Assembly (NCBI RefSeq): GCF_964204645.1
Contig: NC_134028.1
Coordinates: forward strand, 20,828,345 to 20,892,344
Source of the DNA: Tubulanus polymorphus
Lineage: Eukaryota > Animalia > Nemertea
Reading direction: 5' to 3'
Length of the DNA: 64,000 bases
The position numbers and the translations under genes were made by a program. Below the pieces are notes generated by a model. That model searched no databases and was not told where the DNA came from. It saw nothing but the letters and a program-made list of their open reading frames with translations. The number at the start of each line of letters is the position of its first letter. Within the stretch, counting starts at the first letter, position 1. Of the stretch, positions 24,801 through 37,082 are shown piece after piece.

Positions 24801-27800
24801 ATGAGGCTTAGTTAAAGCCTCAAAACTGTAAGGAAAATAAACTGTTTTTACAGATCTGTGGGTTTTTATTTGTTAACTCTACGCTGAGAATGATATCAGT
24901 TAATTGCAGACTAACCGACCTACTGACTGGCTGACTGACCTGCTCAAGTGATGAGGGCTCGGTATCAATTGACTATAAACTATTTGTTTCTGTTCGTCCT
25001 GATAAACATAGATATCATTATTATTCTTCTTTCTGATATTCTCATGCCTGCAAATACATAATAAAACATAACGTATCTGCTGCGGGGACCTGCGGGCACG
25101 AATAAACGTGATAACACTGACCAGTGGTACGGAATGAAATGTGGTAAAAATGGCCGAAATCCTGTAATGATCTCGAACACGACGGTCCCGAAACACCAAT
25201 AATCAACGGTTTTAGAGTATTTCTGCGTTATCAGCTCTGGAGCCTATAATTACACATCAAACACATATATAAACTGTCGAGGACGACGCATAACATTATA
25301 TCAAAACGGTTTCCGTTTTTATTTTCGGTTTTCGTTCTCACCAGATATTCGTAAGTTCCGACGAGACTCTGAGCCATACTGGAATCGTTCAACTCTTTAG
25401 CGTATCCTAAGTCGATTAGCTTATAGACCAGCTAGAAATGAAATAATCGAGTACCAGTGAATACTACCGAATCAGTAGCAGCTTCCACGCTGATTAATAC
25501 GCTCTGAGAGTACTCATCTGTGCTCCTGTATGCAATAATCCTCTGGGGCCAGTTGCACAATCGTGACTTAACACCAAAAGTAGTCTTAAATCTTAAGACA
25601 GGTCATAATTTCTTAGATTGGCTTTAGAACTAAGTTAGTCTTAGACTGGTCTTAAGTCTAAGCCATGACTATGCAACTGACCCCTGGACAATAGAAAATC
25701 CCATCATTCTTTTTATCTATTTTCCATACTAATTTTATCGAGTACCCAAACATGAGCACCAATCTGAGTCCCACACATCAGTTATTTCTATAGGGAGTAT
25801 TCAAGGAGTTTAAAAGAAGGAAATTTCGAATTCCGAGGGAAGTGTCTGCATCACTTTCATATCCTAATTACTGTAGACTCCTCCAAAATCGGTACTGTTT
25901 TTCCCAGTAAACCATTAAATCTAATTCAGTGGTTTTGCAGGCAAATTTTTATCCTTTACACTACTAAACTCGGTTTGTAATTCAGGAACCGTCTAATAGG
26001 GTAAAGAAAAGATCTCATCCCAACTGTATCGATTCAGGCACAGCTTACTGCATGACTACAAATATTTCTAGTTGCTTATTTCTCAAAGTTGACGCAGTTC
26101 TGGGAATTTTGCTCAAATTAAAGGAGTTTCAATCATATTCAAAATCAATCAGTGTTTTGAAGTTTTCAAGGAATCAAGGATTCGTGGCAACCCTGCAAGT
26201 AACGCAGATGATATTAGATATTTAGGCCTACAACGTAATACTCTAATGAGTACCTTATCATCGACATGTTGTATGACGATATTTTCAGGTTTAATATCGC
26301 GATGAATCACGTGTTTGGAATGCAGATATTCAACGGCAGCCATCACGTCGTGACACACAGACCTCAGCTCATATTCGTTTAAACCGCAGTAATTCACCGG
26401 ATGCGTCAACACCTAGAATAATTACAAACCGCAATCGTGTAACTCCATGGGCGGATCTAGGGTTAGATTCAGGGAGGGATGCCCAAAAATTGGACATATC
26501 GTAATTCGAAGGGTACACTGAAAGCTCGGCGGAAAAAATTAACGGTAGCGCAATTCTTGGAAATACAAAGAACAAGATAACGACTTTAAAACTTTTTCCG
26601 GTCTCAGTTTAATATTTTTTATTTCCCCATAAAATTTCAGGGCAAGGGGGCGGTGCACACCCCTGGACCCTCCCCTTGGATCCGCTGATGAATTCAGACA
26701 TCCATCTGAAGGCTGGAGCAAGCAACCCCTCCATTGAACCACCTCTTCAGGCATCCAATATTGCAGTGTGGATGATCAGTTTTGGAAATTGTGCTGTATC
26801 ACAGTAGTTCAATTTCGACGAAAAATGTGACTCTCCGAACATAGGTGATGTCTTGTGCGAGGTGCGGGTTTGCAGGCTAAGGGAATGAAGAGGGTGCAGG
26901 CTGAAGGGATGAAGAGGTGCAGGCTGAGGGGATGTATAAGTGCTAACAGTTGTTACCCGTCTGAGATCTCCTCCCGAACAGTATTCCATCGCCAGTAGAG
27001 GCGATGTCACTATATTCTGTAGCGAAGCCGGTATCTCCAAAGCTCGCACTACGTTATCGTGATTCAGTAAATGCATGATTTTGATCTCTTGAATCCAGCG
27101 ATCGTACGTCGATTGTTTTATCGATTCTTCGGGCGTAAAACGTAGATGTTTCAACGCGATGAATTCGTGCGACTCCTGAAATAAAATCGATCACGATCAA
27201 TTAGGCATACGAAACGTACTGAAACTCATCCCAGACTCCGGGTCCATTTTCACGAAAATAGTTTACAGCATGGCTATCCGACTGAACTGGCTGGATAGTT
27301 GCCTGAACTATGCCGACTGCGTCCGATCTGCCGTACTCAAGAAAATTCTCAGAAATAACCCACAAAAATTGGGATTCGAACATCCGCAGCACTAGCACAG
27401 CGCTCACATCACTAGAGCCAGATGCTAGCCAACAACATCCTTAAAACTTATAGCCTAACGCTTACCTACCACATCCTCACTCGCCCGGTTTTGATTGCCC
27501 CCCCCACCCCCACCAATACAAAGCCTGGCTATAGGTCCCTCATTGTTCGATTACACCACCTAAGATTTCTTTGGCGGACACCAGTCTATATATCTAGCCG
27601 ATCAGATGCATTTTATTGATACAGCGAATCTTTCGGTGAAAAACAACGCATCTGATTGGCTTAATACACATAGACTGGTGGCCACTGAGCAGCAACCTGT
27701 CCGGCCAAGACTTTTCTGTGTGGTGTCGGTTGAGTTAATTATGGAATTGTTACTTTTTTTTCTATCAAATGGCCTACACGAAATTCTGTTCGTACGATGA

Positions 27801-28327
27801 TCTTTTATTTTCCCGCGGTCATCGTATTAACCCTTTCAGTGCGTCTTCACCGCAATGCGGTGTATTGATGTAATTAGTAATCATCTCTCTTGAAAAATGG
27901 CAGCGCCTGTCAAACATAGTGAAATACTAGTAACTAACGATACATTGCGCCGCGGTGTAGACGCACTATAGTGGTATTCCCGTTATTCAACACTTTAGGG
28001 TGGAATTTTTTAAAACATTCAAATTATTTCCAGCACTATATGGTATTAATTAGTCAGCACTGAAAGGGTTAACGAGGTTCGACTGTAGTTCAAATTACTC
28101 TGGATAAACTTGTTGGAAACGTTCAATCAACTCTTTAATCTCTTCTTCGTTAATTCAGTTTTTTTTAAATCGATTCGTTTCGAAGAATGAATTATATTTC
28201 TGTTTCAAGGCACAGAACTGCTTACCTCATTCTGCCATAGTAACACTTTACCGAAGCCGCCCGATCCTAGCGTTTTCTTATGTATCCAGCTGCCGAGTTT
28301 CTGACCGGGTTGAATATTGTTATCCAT
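18868..28327 (-). CDS. IKK: IkappaB kinase alpha/beta (CHUK/IKBKB-like), 19 coding exons, 770 aa
   Basis: Exons 28226-28327, 26957-27175, 26254-26412, 25342-25431, 25122-25243, 24940-25047, 24446-24581, 23515-23706, 23293-23439, 22553-22638, 22356-22457, 22046-22095, 21670-21734, 21470-21582, 20972-21054, 20749-20854, 20467-20611, 19663-19853, 18868-18964. GT-AG introns, 2313 nt in frame. Motifs [45 protein letters not shown]; ubiquitin-like domain; scaffold/dimerisation segments 'AAMLNLLR', 'ELQKSPF', '[11 protein letters not shown]'. Confidence 0.95.
19977..20255. repeat. Long imperfect palindrome (~125-bp arms) in IKK intron 17
   Basis: ctccatgatttgaaagtttaacaatatgttt..atgccta mirrored by taggcat..aaacatattgttaaactttcaaattatggag. 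Confidence 0.75.
21296..21461. mobile_element. PIF/Harbinger-like MITE with TTA TSD
   Basis: GGGGTCATTCATTTATTACGTACGCA / TGCGTACGTAATAAATGAATGATCCC; near-identical copy at 46320-46479. Confidence 0.85.
23745..24080 (+). mobile_element. tRNA-derived SINE with Nin/Deu-like core
   Basis: A/B-box-like head (gagtggttagagcg..gggttccatccc), then gtgtcctcgggcaagacact..ctctctccacccaggagtaaatggg; reverse copy at ~36690-36860. Confidence 0.75.
24080..24385. repeat. 33-bp minisatellite (alternating variants) in IKK intron 7
   Basis: Units cctgtattatctacaaatacagaatacacagga / cctgtactgtctacaaatacagaatacatagaa; 11-aa periodicity in the overlapping spurious ORFs. Confidence 0.9.
24682..24875. mobile_element. 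Near-perfect palindrome of Penelope-like pLTR type carrying hammerhead-like cores
   Basis: aacaaataaaaacccaca..agatctgtaaaaacagtttattttccttacagttt mirrored on the right; TCCT-CTGATGAT-GAGGC..GAAAC-TGTA-AGGA on the minus strand. Confidence 0.6.
27831..28068. mobile_element. piggyBac-type MITE (TTAA TSD), third copy
   Basis: Same TIRs as 10140-10417. Confidence 0.85.
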
Positions 28328-29821
28328 CGCTACCTCCAACCGGTGTTGTACAACACTAAGTACCTATAGCAACCAGTTTCTTTCGCAGCCAGTGTCCGTA
28401 GCAACAAGTATCTTTTGGAACCAGTGGCAGCACAACCTCCTCTGAATAAACAATACATCTCTAATCAAAATCAAAAATCTAAACCCTCTTTAAATCAACA
28501 ATTATTCCAAAACGGCTCATCCTTTATCTTAAATGTATTCAAATAATTAGCTTGTAATCAAATACTCAGTAGTTTGTAATTAGCTTAGAATTTAGCACTT
28601 GTAATTTTGTAACTTATGTTGTATATAAACCTGTAGTTTAATCATTTGATTCACTTGTATTTCACCTGATGAGGGGATATGATATTTTTACATCTCTAAT
28701 CAATATGCTAGAATATCAACTCGAATTTGAATACCAGGTGATATGTTACGGGTCGATTTTACAACACGGGTTGCCATCCCCTTAGTGCGTGGTTTTTAGC
28801 CCATCACCCAATATAACCATGTTGGTACGAACAATGTTGGTTATAAAACAATCCGCCGATGATTAGCTAGTACGTACGTAACAGCCACCCCCTTGATTAA
28901 TTAGCTTTGACTACGTAACGTTATATGGTTAGTTTGTTATAGGCACATTATTATCATCATTGGTTTCCATAGACGAATGGCTGTCTAATGTCAATAAGTT
29001 GATGAGACCACAGTGAGAAGAAAAAGCTAAGATATAGTTTAACTTTTCAACTCAATTCTATTTTTTGAAAATGGCTCACAGAATTGAATTGAAACGTTGA
29101 ATGATCTCATAGCTTTTTCTCCTTACTGTGGGTTTATCAACATATTATCATCATTATATTGGACCTCTAAACTGCAGTCAGGAGCATGGCGGCCTAACTA
29201 GTCCAGCCACACTCAGCAGGGAATCGAACCCGATCGCTAGACTCAGCCACGGCATGAAACCCAGCCACACTAGACCCCATGCGTAGTGGTTTCCGCCGCA
29301 TCAATACAGTCACGGACAAAAACGAAGCCGTTTCACCCCTTGTTATTTTATATAGTAAGGCGGCGCGACTGCCTGATAATAATCCTCAACGACCAATTGC
29401 TTATCGAACTTTATAGCGGATAAATAAATAATATCAACACAAGGTATTTCTGCGATATTTTGAATTTATTTGCAGTTCAAATTTTGCGCCATTCTCGCGA
29501 GATTATCAACAACCCGCAAGTAAAATCGAAGCCAGTTTACAAGCCCCAACACATAGTGGCATTATTCATGTTTAAATTATTTTGACGACAGCTACAATTC
29601 ATTAATGAGATTAAGGCAGGTGATATTTTCCCAATGCGATACCATTGCTGCATTCCTGTTAAAGCTATTTTGCCAATTCTATTGTTTCTTTTATAATGGG
29701 CAAAATATCCACATTCTAAAATCAACTACTAAAAGCAATAATGAAATCATATTACTTGGTTTACGGTAAGGGTTTTGATAAGGTCAGGGTCTAGGAGTTA
29801 GGCCGGGTTAGGTTAACCTAA

Positions 29822-30570
29822 CAATGTCACAGGGGTTTGGCGATGGGCTTGGATTTTATTTCCGGGTTGTTGATAATCTCGCGAGAATGGCGCTAAATAT
29901 GAACTGCGAATAAATTCAAAATATCATGGAAATACCTTGTGTTTATATTGTTTATTTATCCGCTATAAAGTTCCGATAAACAATTGGTCGTTAAGGATCA
30001 TCACCAGATGATCGTCACGCTTTACTATATAAAATCACAAGGGATGAAACGCAGTTCAATTCGTGCCAGCCAGAAAGTTGGGACAGTCATGTGACAGTCG
30101 CGCTTCTTATTTGACTGAATGCAAACCCGAAGCATCTAAGAAGGAAACTATGATACGAAAAATATTTGAGAATAACTTACATTCAAATGCATTTTTTGTC
30201 TATGAATTATATATTTGATCATAATTTATTCTTTATAAGTTATTAATTTCATATGAATCATAATCTGACAATTGATATCGGTCTGTGAATATGTTAACTT
30301 TTCATGTTAAAGTTTTAAATGTGATGACATCATCAGAATGTCACGTGAATGTCCCAACTTTCTGGCTGGCACAACTCTGAAGGCGTTTCATCCCTTGTGA
30401 TTTTATATAGAGCGTCACGACCGTCTGATGATGATAAACAATATAAACACAAGGTATTTCCATGATATTTTGAATTTATTCGCAGTTCATATTTAGCGCC
30501 ATTCTCGCGAGAGTATCAACAACCCGGAAATGAAATCCAAGCCCATCGCCAAACCCCTGTGAACAATGTC
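29822..30570. mobile_element. Foldback-type element with ~230-280-bp inverted arms, plus an extra diverged arm at ~29329-29530
   Basis: tgtcacaggggtttggcgatgggcttgga..gtgccagccagaaagttgggaca mirrored by tgtcccaactttctggctggcac..tccaagcccatcgccaaacccctgt. Confidence 0.8.
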
Positions 30571-30852
30571 AGGTCAACGATCCTTTCTTTCTTGGCAAAT
30601 TAGCTTTAACAGAAATAATGTCACATTGTCATTGACGAAATATCACCTGCATTGGCAAAGTACCATCTGCCCTAAATCTAATCCACCTAAAAAGTCCAAG
30701 GAAACCTACCCCGTGTCGACTCGCATAAACCTTCTAATTTATTGCATGTAAACGGAGGTTAGACAGAGTATGTGTCCATCGTAAACAATACCGTTTTTTT
30801 CTAAACAGCGGAATTTTCTATCGAATAACGAATGAACTACAGTTAGATTTAC

Positions 30853-31100
30853 CTTCGATAAAACAATCTTGAACTCTTAAAACAGAAATCACTGCAGTGA
30901 AAACAGTGAAATTACCGGTTTTAATGCAGGGTAAAACCCCCGAATAATCGCACTTGTCACAATTCCGGGTTATTCCCTCGCCTGCCACAGCTGAACCGGA
31001 CTATAAACTAAAACCCGGAATTGGACACGGTAAGCCAACTTCCAGCGGTAAACCATACGGCCGTCTCAGAAATGATTGGGAGGTTTCGGCCCGTTTGGGA
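30853..31100 (-). promoter_or_regulatory. Putative non-coding first exon/promoter of IKK
   Basis: Minus-strand acceptor ctatag ~35 nt upstream of the IKK ATG implies a 5'UTR intron; minus-strand donor AAG|gtaaat at 30852; CCGGAA (ETS-like) and CCAAT motifs at 30960-31080. Confidence 0.35.
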
Positions 31101-33589
31101 AGTTTGTTGGCATTTAGCCTACTTACACCACAGAACTATAACGTTATAGTTCTATGCTAATACCCATCGCGAATCAATATAGATTGTAGGCCGGAAAGGT
31201 GGGAATTGATCCCGCCCGGCCGCACGAGGCCGCGGTGCGTGGGGGCTCTCATACCCCGGCGCGCGTTGCCTGGTAATATCGTTAGGCCACGCTCAAACGC
31301 GGTAAAGCATAGGTAATAAGATTTAAAAAACGACTATATATAGCCTACTGTACATTCAGTCTATAATCGAATAAAACCAAAATATGAAATCATATCATCA
31401 TGTATGCAATTTACCACCTGGAAACGCCTTTAGAGACAGCCTCCCTTAGTCTTAGTTTGTTAGATGTACGGTACTACGTTTAGGGTCCTTTTGTTGTAAA
31501 GGTACTTATACCGGTAAAAAATCGGGTGCGGCCGCGTCCTGCGCGACGAGTTTTTGAAATAGAACGTTCATCTCGGAGTAAATCAGACTGATTTCTCTCC
31601 AAGCATATACTTGTCTCGCGGAAATGCATCTGAGTCGATTTACGCGCGAGTGTACTCAGTCAGCGGCGGATCCAGGGGTGCACAGGGAGGCACGTGCACC
31701 CCCTAAAGTCCTCGCTAATTTTTTATGGACTGACCTCTAGATATAGAATAGACAGGGTGTCTCAGAAAATGTGATACCCGTACCGAAACTTAAAGATTAA
31801 TTATTAATTTACTATATTCAAATAACCGTACATTTAGGTAGGGCTGTTTAGACCTGGATATTTGCTCGAGGATGGATCTGTCTTTAAATGTAATCATAAG
31901 TCATGCATGATTGAGCACTGCCGTGTTATGTTTAATTGTGGAACTGGTCCAGATGTAACAGAGCAGTCGTTTCGATATATTTTCCGAACCAGATCAAACC
32001 AGAAGCATCCAAGTAAAAGTGAGCATTTATGATAGCGTTTAACAGTTCAGAAATCTTTTTATGTTTGTCCACAGCAGCTTACAAAGTATTTGTGCTCGTC
32101 CATCAGATAGCTTCTTCTGAACTCCACTTTAACATTCAAAATTTTTCGTAGCTCCGCTAAAGCTATGTTAAAACTTTACAAAAGTTCTTCGACCAACTCT
32201 ACCAAGCTCTCCAAGCTATGGTTTTACCTTAAAAAATTCGGGCCTATTTATATCAATTTATCATCCGGGTTGGATATTTAGATCTTTACCTGATCTGCTA
32301 ATCAACTGAACTAAAATAATCAATATCTGGATATTCTAGTTGAGTGTTGACCAACAGAATGATTCTTGGGATTTTCTAAAGGATCGGATTTATAAATATG
32401 AAATTATTTCAACACAACAGGATAAAGATCAATTTCTATACCGTACGTATGTACGTATGCATACGTATAATGTGACGATGCGATCGTCACATTTAGAGAT
32501 CAAGCCCTGATGAATTAGAAATTCATTTCTTTACAAATGTATTTTAATTCAGATTACTTTACCGGTATATGAAATTCTGATTTTCGTTTTCACAGTGAGA
32601 TGTGTGATTAGACTTTTTGATTACTTTCAAAGTAATGAAATAGAATTAGTATACATGTTTGTTGGAGGCATGGCATTTTCTGTGTTCAGAGTACCGCGTT
32701 AATAACAATGGGGATTTGAATGGCGGGCGAAAACCACCAAACTATAGCATCAAAATGAAAGATGGTAAAATGATGAAAAGCTCATGAGAAGCTGGTGATA
32801 ATATAGTGAAAGGATTGTGATAAGACTAAAGATTGTTCAACAACGATGTATGATAAAAGATATAAAAAGTCAAACGAATGGTGACATGATGAATAAGTGA
32901 AATGATAAAAAGAGCTCAGACCACTATTCCAAAATCTTCTATATCCTGTAGTAAAAACAAGAAATTCGAGAGTTGAGTTCATATTTAAGCGCGTAAATTC
33001 AGGGGAAATCCTGCTTATGGCTCATAGGCTATCCCATTTGCGGAATTATGACAACATTTATGGGGGACCTCTTCCTCACTCTATGTACTATTTTTGGGGT
33101 CCGGCCTTACGCATCTTCGAGCTTCTAACCTAATTGTGGTCTGAAGGCAAAACATGAATGATGGATAATAAGTAAAAAGGTTATTATGCACCGGCTGTAG
33201 CAATAACATAATAGGTGATTGAGACAACAATTCTTACCACAGAACTCGCATGTGGTGTGATGTGTTTAAAACCAGGATGTTTTACCAAATCAGCAACGCT
33301 GGCACGTCATTGAAGTTCATACAAAAAAATGATACACATGTCATGGCGCATTGTTTGCTTGTTTTGTACACAAATACACAGCATTTATTAGCCTCGCGCC
33401 AGTGTGTATGGAATCTGAACGGACTGCCCGCATGATGAGTGTCAATGAGCTAGGACCGACTCGGTTCTCTGGCTCCAATTTAAACCCAACATGGCAGTTT
33501 TTCCATCAGTTTCCTATGTCGATAATATTTGCATGAATCAGACTTCGAATGTAGTTATTCTCTGTATTTCTACAATTCTATTTTGGAAC

Positions 33590-34330
33590 AGAAATATTCA
33601 CGAATTCTCGTCCAAGCAAACGACATATGTAGAAGTTAACTACATACGGTAGTTACACGAACGAAAATACGAGAATATATCATGAAGAAAATTCTCTTGA
33701 GCTCCAATGAGATTGGTAAGAACACAGTTACACAGTACCGGTATGGAAGTGTGAATGTTGCAAATGCTAGTGAAACTGTTACAGACATTATTGTTGTACG
33801 TTTTGATTTCGTAGTTTTTTGATCTGACGAAACCATTTTTAAATCCCTGAATAACTGAAATATTATAATGGAATTTGATGAAATTATCAAAGCTAACGGT
33901 ACAATGAAAACGCAGTGAAACATTCACGGTAAGATATGTGTATTGGTCTGATAATTCATAGCAACACCCGAAAAACTCGTCGGGAAAATGTATCGACACA
34001 GTACTGCAGTAATAATCAATAAAGCAACTCTTGGAGTACACTATCAACCAGGAGCTAGGATGCAGGCGCCATTACGAATTCATAGATTTGACATCTGAAC
34101 AGAGAATCCATAATAAATATTGGACCGATGTCTACGTCAAAGAGAGCAAACTATAAAACAGGCAAAACTATTGCAGCACATAAAATCACTCACTGACAAG
34201 ACGATGAGGTAGTTAGCGTAAGATAAACTCCAGAATCTGCGACTTATTATTATCAAGCAAGTAGCCAAATTTCCGAAGGCTGCCGATGGTAATAAGATAA
34301 GAAGAATGACCAATGACACCGTGCGGTGTC
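33590..34330 (-). pseudogene. Rhodopsin-like GPCR pseudogene
   Basis: Broken fragments: TM1-2 'AFGNLATCLIIISRRFWSLSYANYLIVLSVSDF', TM5-6 'FIVPLALIISSNSIII..KRTTIMSVTVSLAFATFTLPY', TM7 'NFYICRLLGREF'; separated by stops/frameshifts, with TM3-4 largely lost. Confidence 0.8.
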
Positions 34331-34699
34331 ATTGGTCAACTCAGATCTAATATATGCCCTGTTAATAAAATGAAAGCAAAACTCAGAAAACCGTGATTAA
34401 TTAAAATTCAATCTTTATTTTCGATAAAATCGGGTATATACATAATAGGAGAAATGATGTTGATAAAGCGCCAGACGCCCAAAAATGTTTTAACGAATAC
34501 TGAGACTGGAGCCAATAGTTCAAACCGGTTCCTACTAAAAACCGACAGGAGCCGACTGGAGCCGACCGGAACCGACTGGAAACAGACTGGATGAAGGTTC
34601 CAGTCGGTTCCGGTCGGTTTTTTAGTAGGGGCGGAACTATTGACTATTAGCACAAGTATCATAGAAATGGAAACTAGTATTCAATTTTCTGTATAGAAT

Positions 34700-34959
34700 T
34701 CACAGATATCTCAGTCTTGATGTGTCCTTATAGATAACTTCATCAGTCGCTTGTTGCCATTTATCATCAGCTATCAGATCTATATTATACAAACGACATT
34801 TTACATCGTTATTTTGTGGTTTGATGACGAACAAATCACATGCGCGATTCATAAGACATTTGGAACCGCATCGGATTGCAGACGCTGTTACTATGGCTGG
34901 TTCTAGTGGGTTGATGTCAGATGAAGGCAGATTCTTAGGCTTTGTATCAATCGCGAATT
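34700..34959 (-). CDS. PAN/apple-domain exon (terminal exon; parent gene uncertain)
   Basis: 'SAIRCGSKCLMNRACDLFVIK..KCRLY' (C-x3-C-x5-C..C pattern); phase-1 acceptor ttttgtag at 34960. Confidence 0.55.
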
Positions 34960-37082
34960 CTACAAAATATACGAGATCAAAGTTCAACATTACATGCAAA
35001 CAGACCGCGCGGTGCATACGGACGGAGCGCTCCTTTGTTGAACATCGACTGGATAACTTTGGGTCGTGCCATCATGCCTTCTTGAATTTGTTGAATTATA
35101 CCAACTTAACCAGTGCTATGGTGATCATTCTCAGAATTTGGAATATGATGATACGGAAGCGATTAAGTACGGAAGCGTATAAGGGCCTCAAGTTGTCGTA
35201 CGATATTCAATGAAATCGACATATTTTCCGTGCTTAATTGTTATTAATCGCGTCTTTGCGTCGATTTATTACGCCATATCGCGATATTCATGCTTCAAGA
35301 CGACCTTTTTTCGTGGCAAGTCGAGATTATTTCGTTGACTGAAATTGTTTCCGTCATTTTTTGATGACTTGTTTTAATTATCACAACTTGGCGCATAAAT
35401 ATTGCGTTATATCACAATCTTTTTTGGTGGTAAATCGACAAATTAAGCCGACTTGTTCTGGAATATTGCTGAATGTCACCAAAATTATATCGCCAAATCG
35501 CTATCTTGCAGTGACAAATCGATATAGTTTCGTCGACTCTTTTACTCTAACTTGTTAGAGCGCCATAAAGATAAGCCGAGTTGAGATGATTCGACATTGG
35601 TTCTGTTTGACTGATTGTCGAATTCCTACAAAGAAATAGCCTCGACATCGATTTCAACTTTGTAATTTACGCCTTTCGCGTCTTAATCTATACTGTTTTT
35701 TGCCGCCTGAACTACTTAACTAGAAAACGGAGTGAGCCATATGATTTAGCGTTTCTAGAACGCGTTTCTGAATTTATTAATATAACTAAATTTGTTGCAA
35801 AATCATAATTTGAATCCAGGGGAATTACGAGACTTGGTGACCGGGATTTACTCGAGATGTTCCCTGGTAAAAATTTGTTGATTTTGAATGGCAGGGCATC
35901 ACGACGTAACAAGGAACAAGGTACGTAAATATACTTGTTTCCAACCAGCGGACAACAGTGCTGTATAGATTATGGATTACTAGATATTACACTGTCGTAT
36001 TACACTGACCGTGCTATGTTATCACTGAAAGTTACTGATAAGTAATGGTGGTATTCGCGTACATCACACAATTCGCCATAGATACAAATGGTGTAATGTA
36101 CTGGAAACTCAGTTTATTGAAGCTGATGGATGATTTTCAAAGTCTTGATTGTATGCTTTGCTATTCGCTGAATAAGGAAGATGATCATGACTCAATAGAT
36201 CTGTAATTAAGTATTCACAATGTGTATTCAAATATAATATCCTTCTGGCAATTTTCCTCTGGCATTTTTACTTCTGACATTATTACCTATTGTATTTTTA
36301 CCTGTACCCGAAATGCATCCAGTCATACGAACCGCAGGCTTACGCTTTACCCAAATGAAGCTAAAGACCACTACTAAATGACGATAACCACGGCAAAATT
36401 CATGTATGATGAAGAGGCTCTTGATGATTTATCATATGCTATAGACTTGTGTAAACCCAGAGATCTCTGGAGAAAATTCAAGGGTGATTGTTCTCAACGG
36501 AGTGAGCTTCCTTGAAATGTGCGAACATTTCAAAAATTCATCAGAGGGACAGAACGTTGATATTTGATAACGTTGACATCGATATGTGAGAACATATTAT
36601 TCTAGATAAACCGATATTGAAAGTTGAGGTAATTCAGATCATAAAGAGAAATCAATCTGGAGGTATGGACGGAATCAAGGGTGAGGTTTTCGCAACATCC
36701 GAGCAGCTTAGGAGTCACCTATCAGGCCAGGTACCGGTTTACTCCTGGTGGAGAGAGGCAATGAGGACAATAATGAAAGGTAATGATTACACTAAGGATT
36801 CGAACCCACGACCTAGAGTCGAACGCTCTAACCACTCGCCCAAATTACCATCGCTCGCACCTATTAGTATCGTGAACACCCGATCACCGATAAATTCATA
36901 AATTCAACGGGCAAAACAATTTATGTCCAAAACACTTTTAGGTTTTCAAAAGTTATGGAAACCTTAGGACTTAAGTGCAGAATCCGGTTTTAAGTTCCAA
37001 GCCGAATCACATTTGTATTCATCCGCCCCTTCAGATATATGAGACTATATATGAGCAGCTGACTGTTTGATTGGCTGGATAA

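Noticed and set aside
35020-35900. Coding-like minus-strand sequence upstream of the PAN exon
   Set aside because: Multiple stops in each frame and no recognisable domain; cannot be supported as a gene
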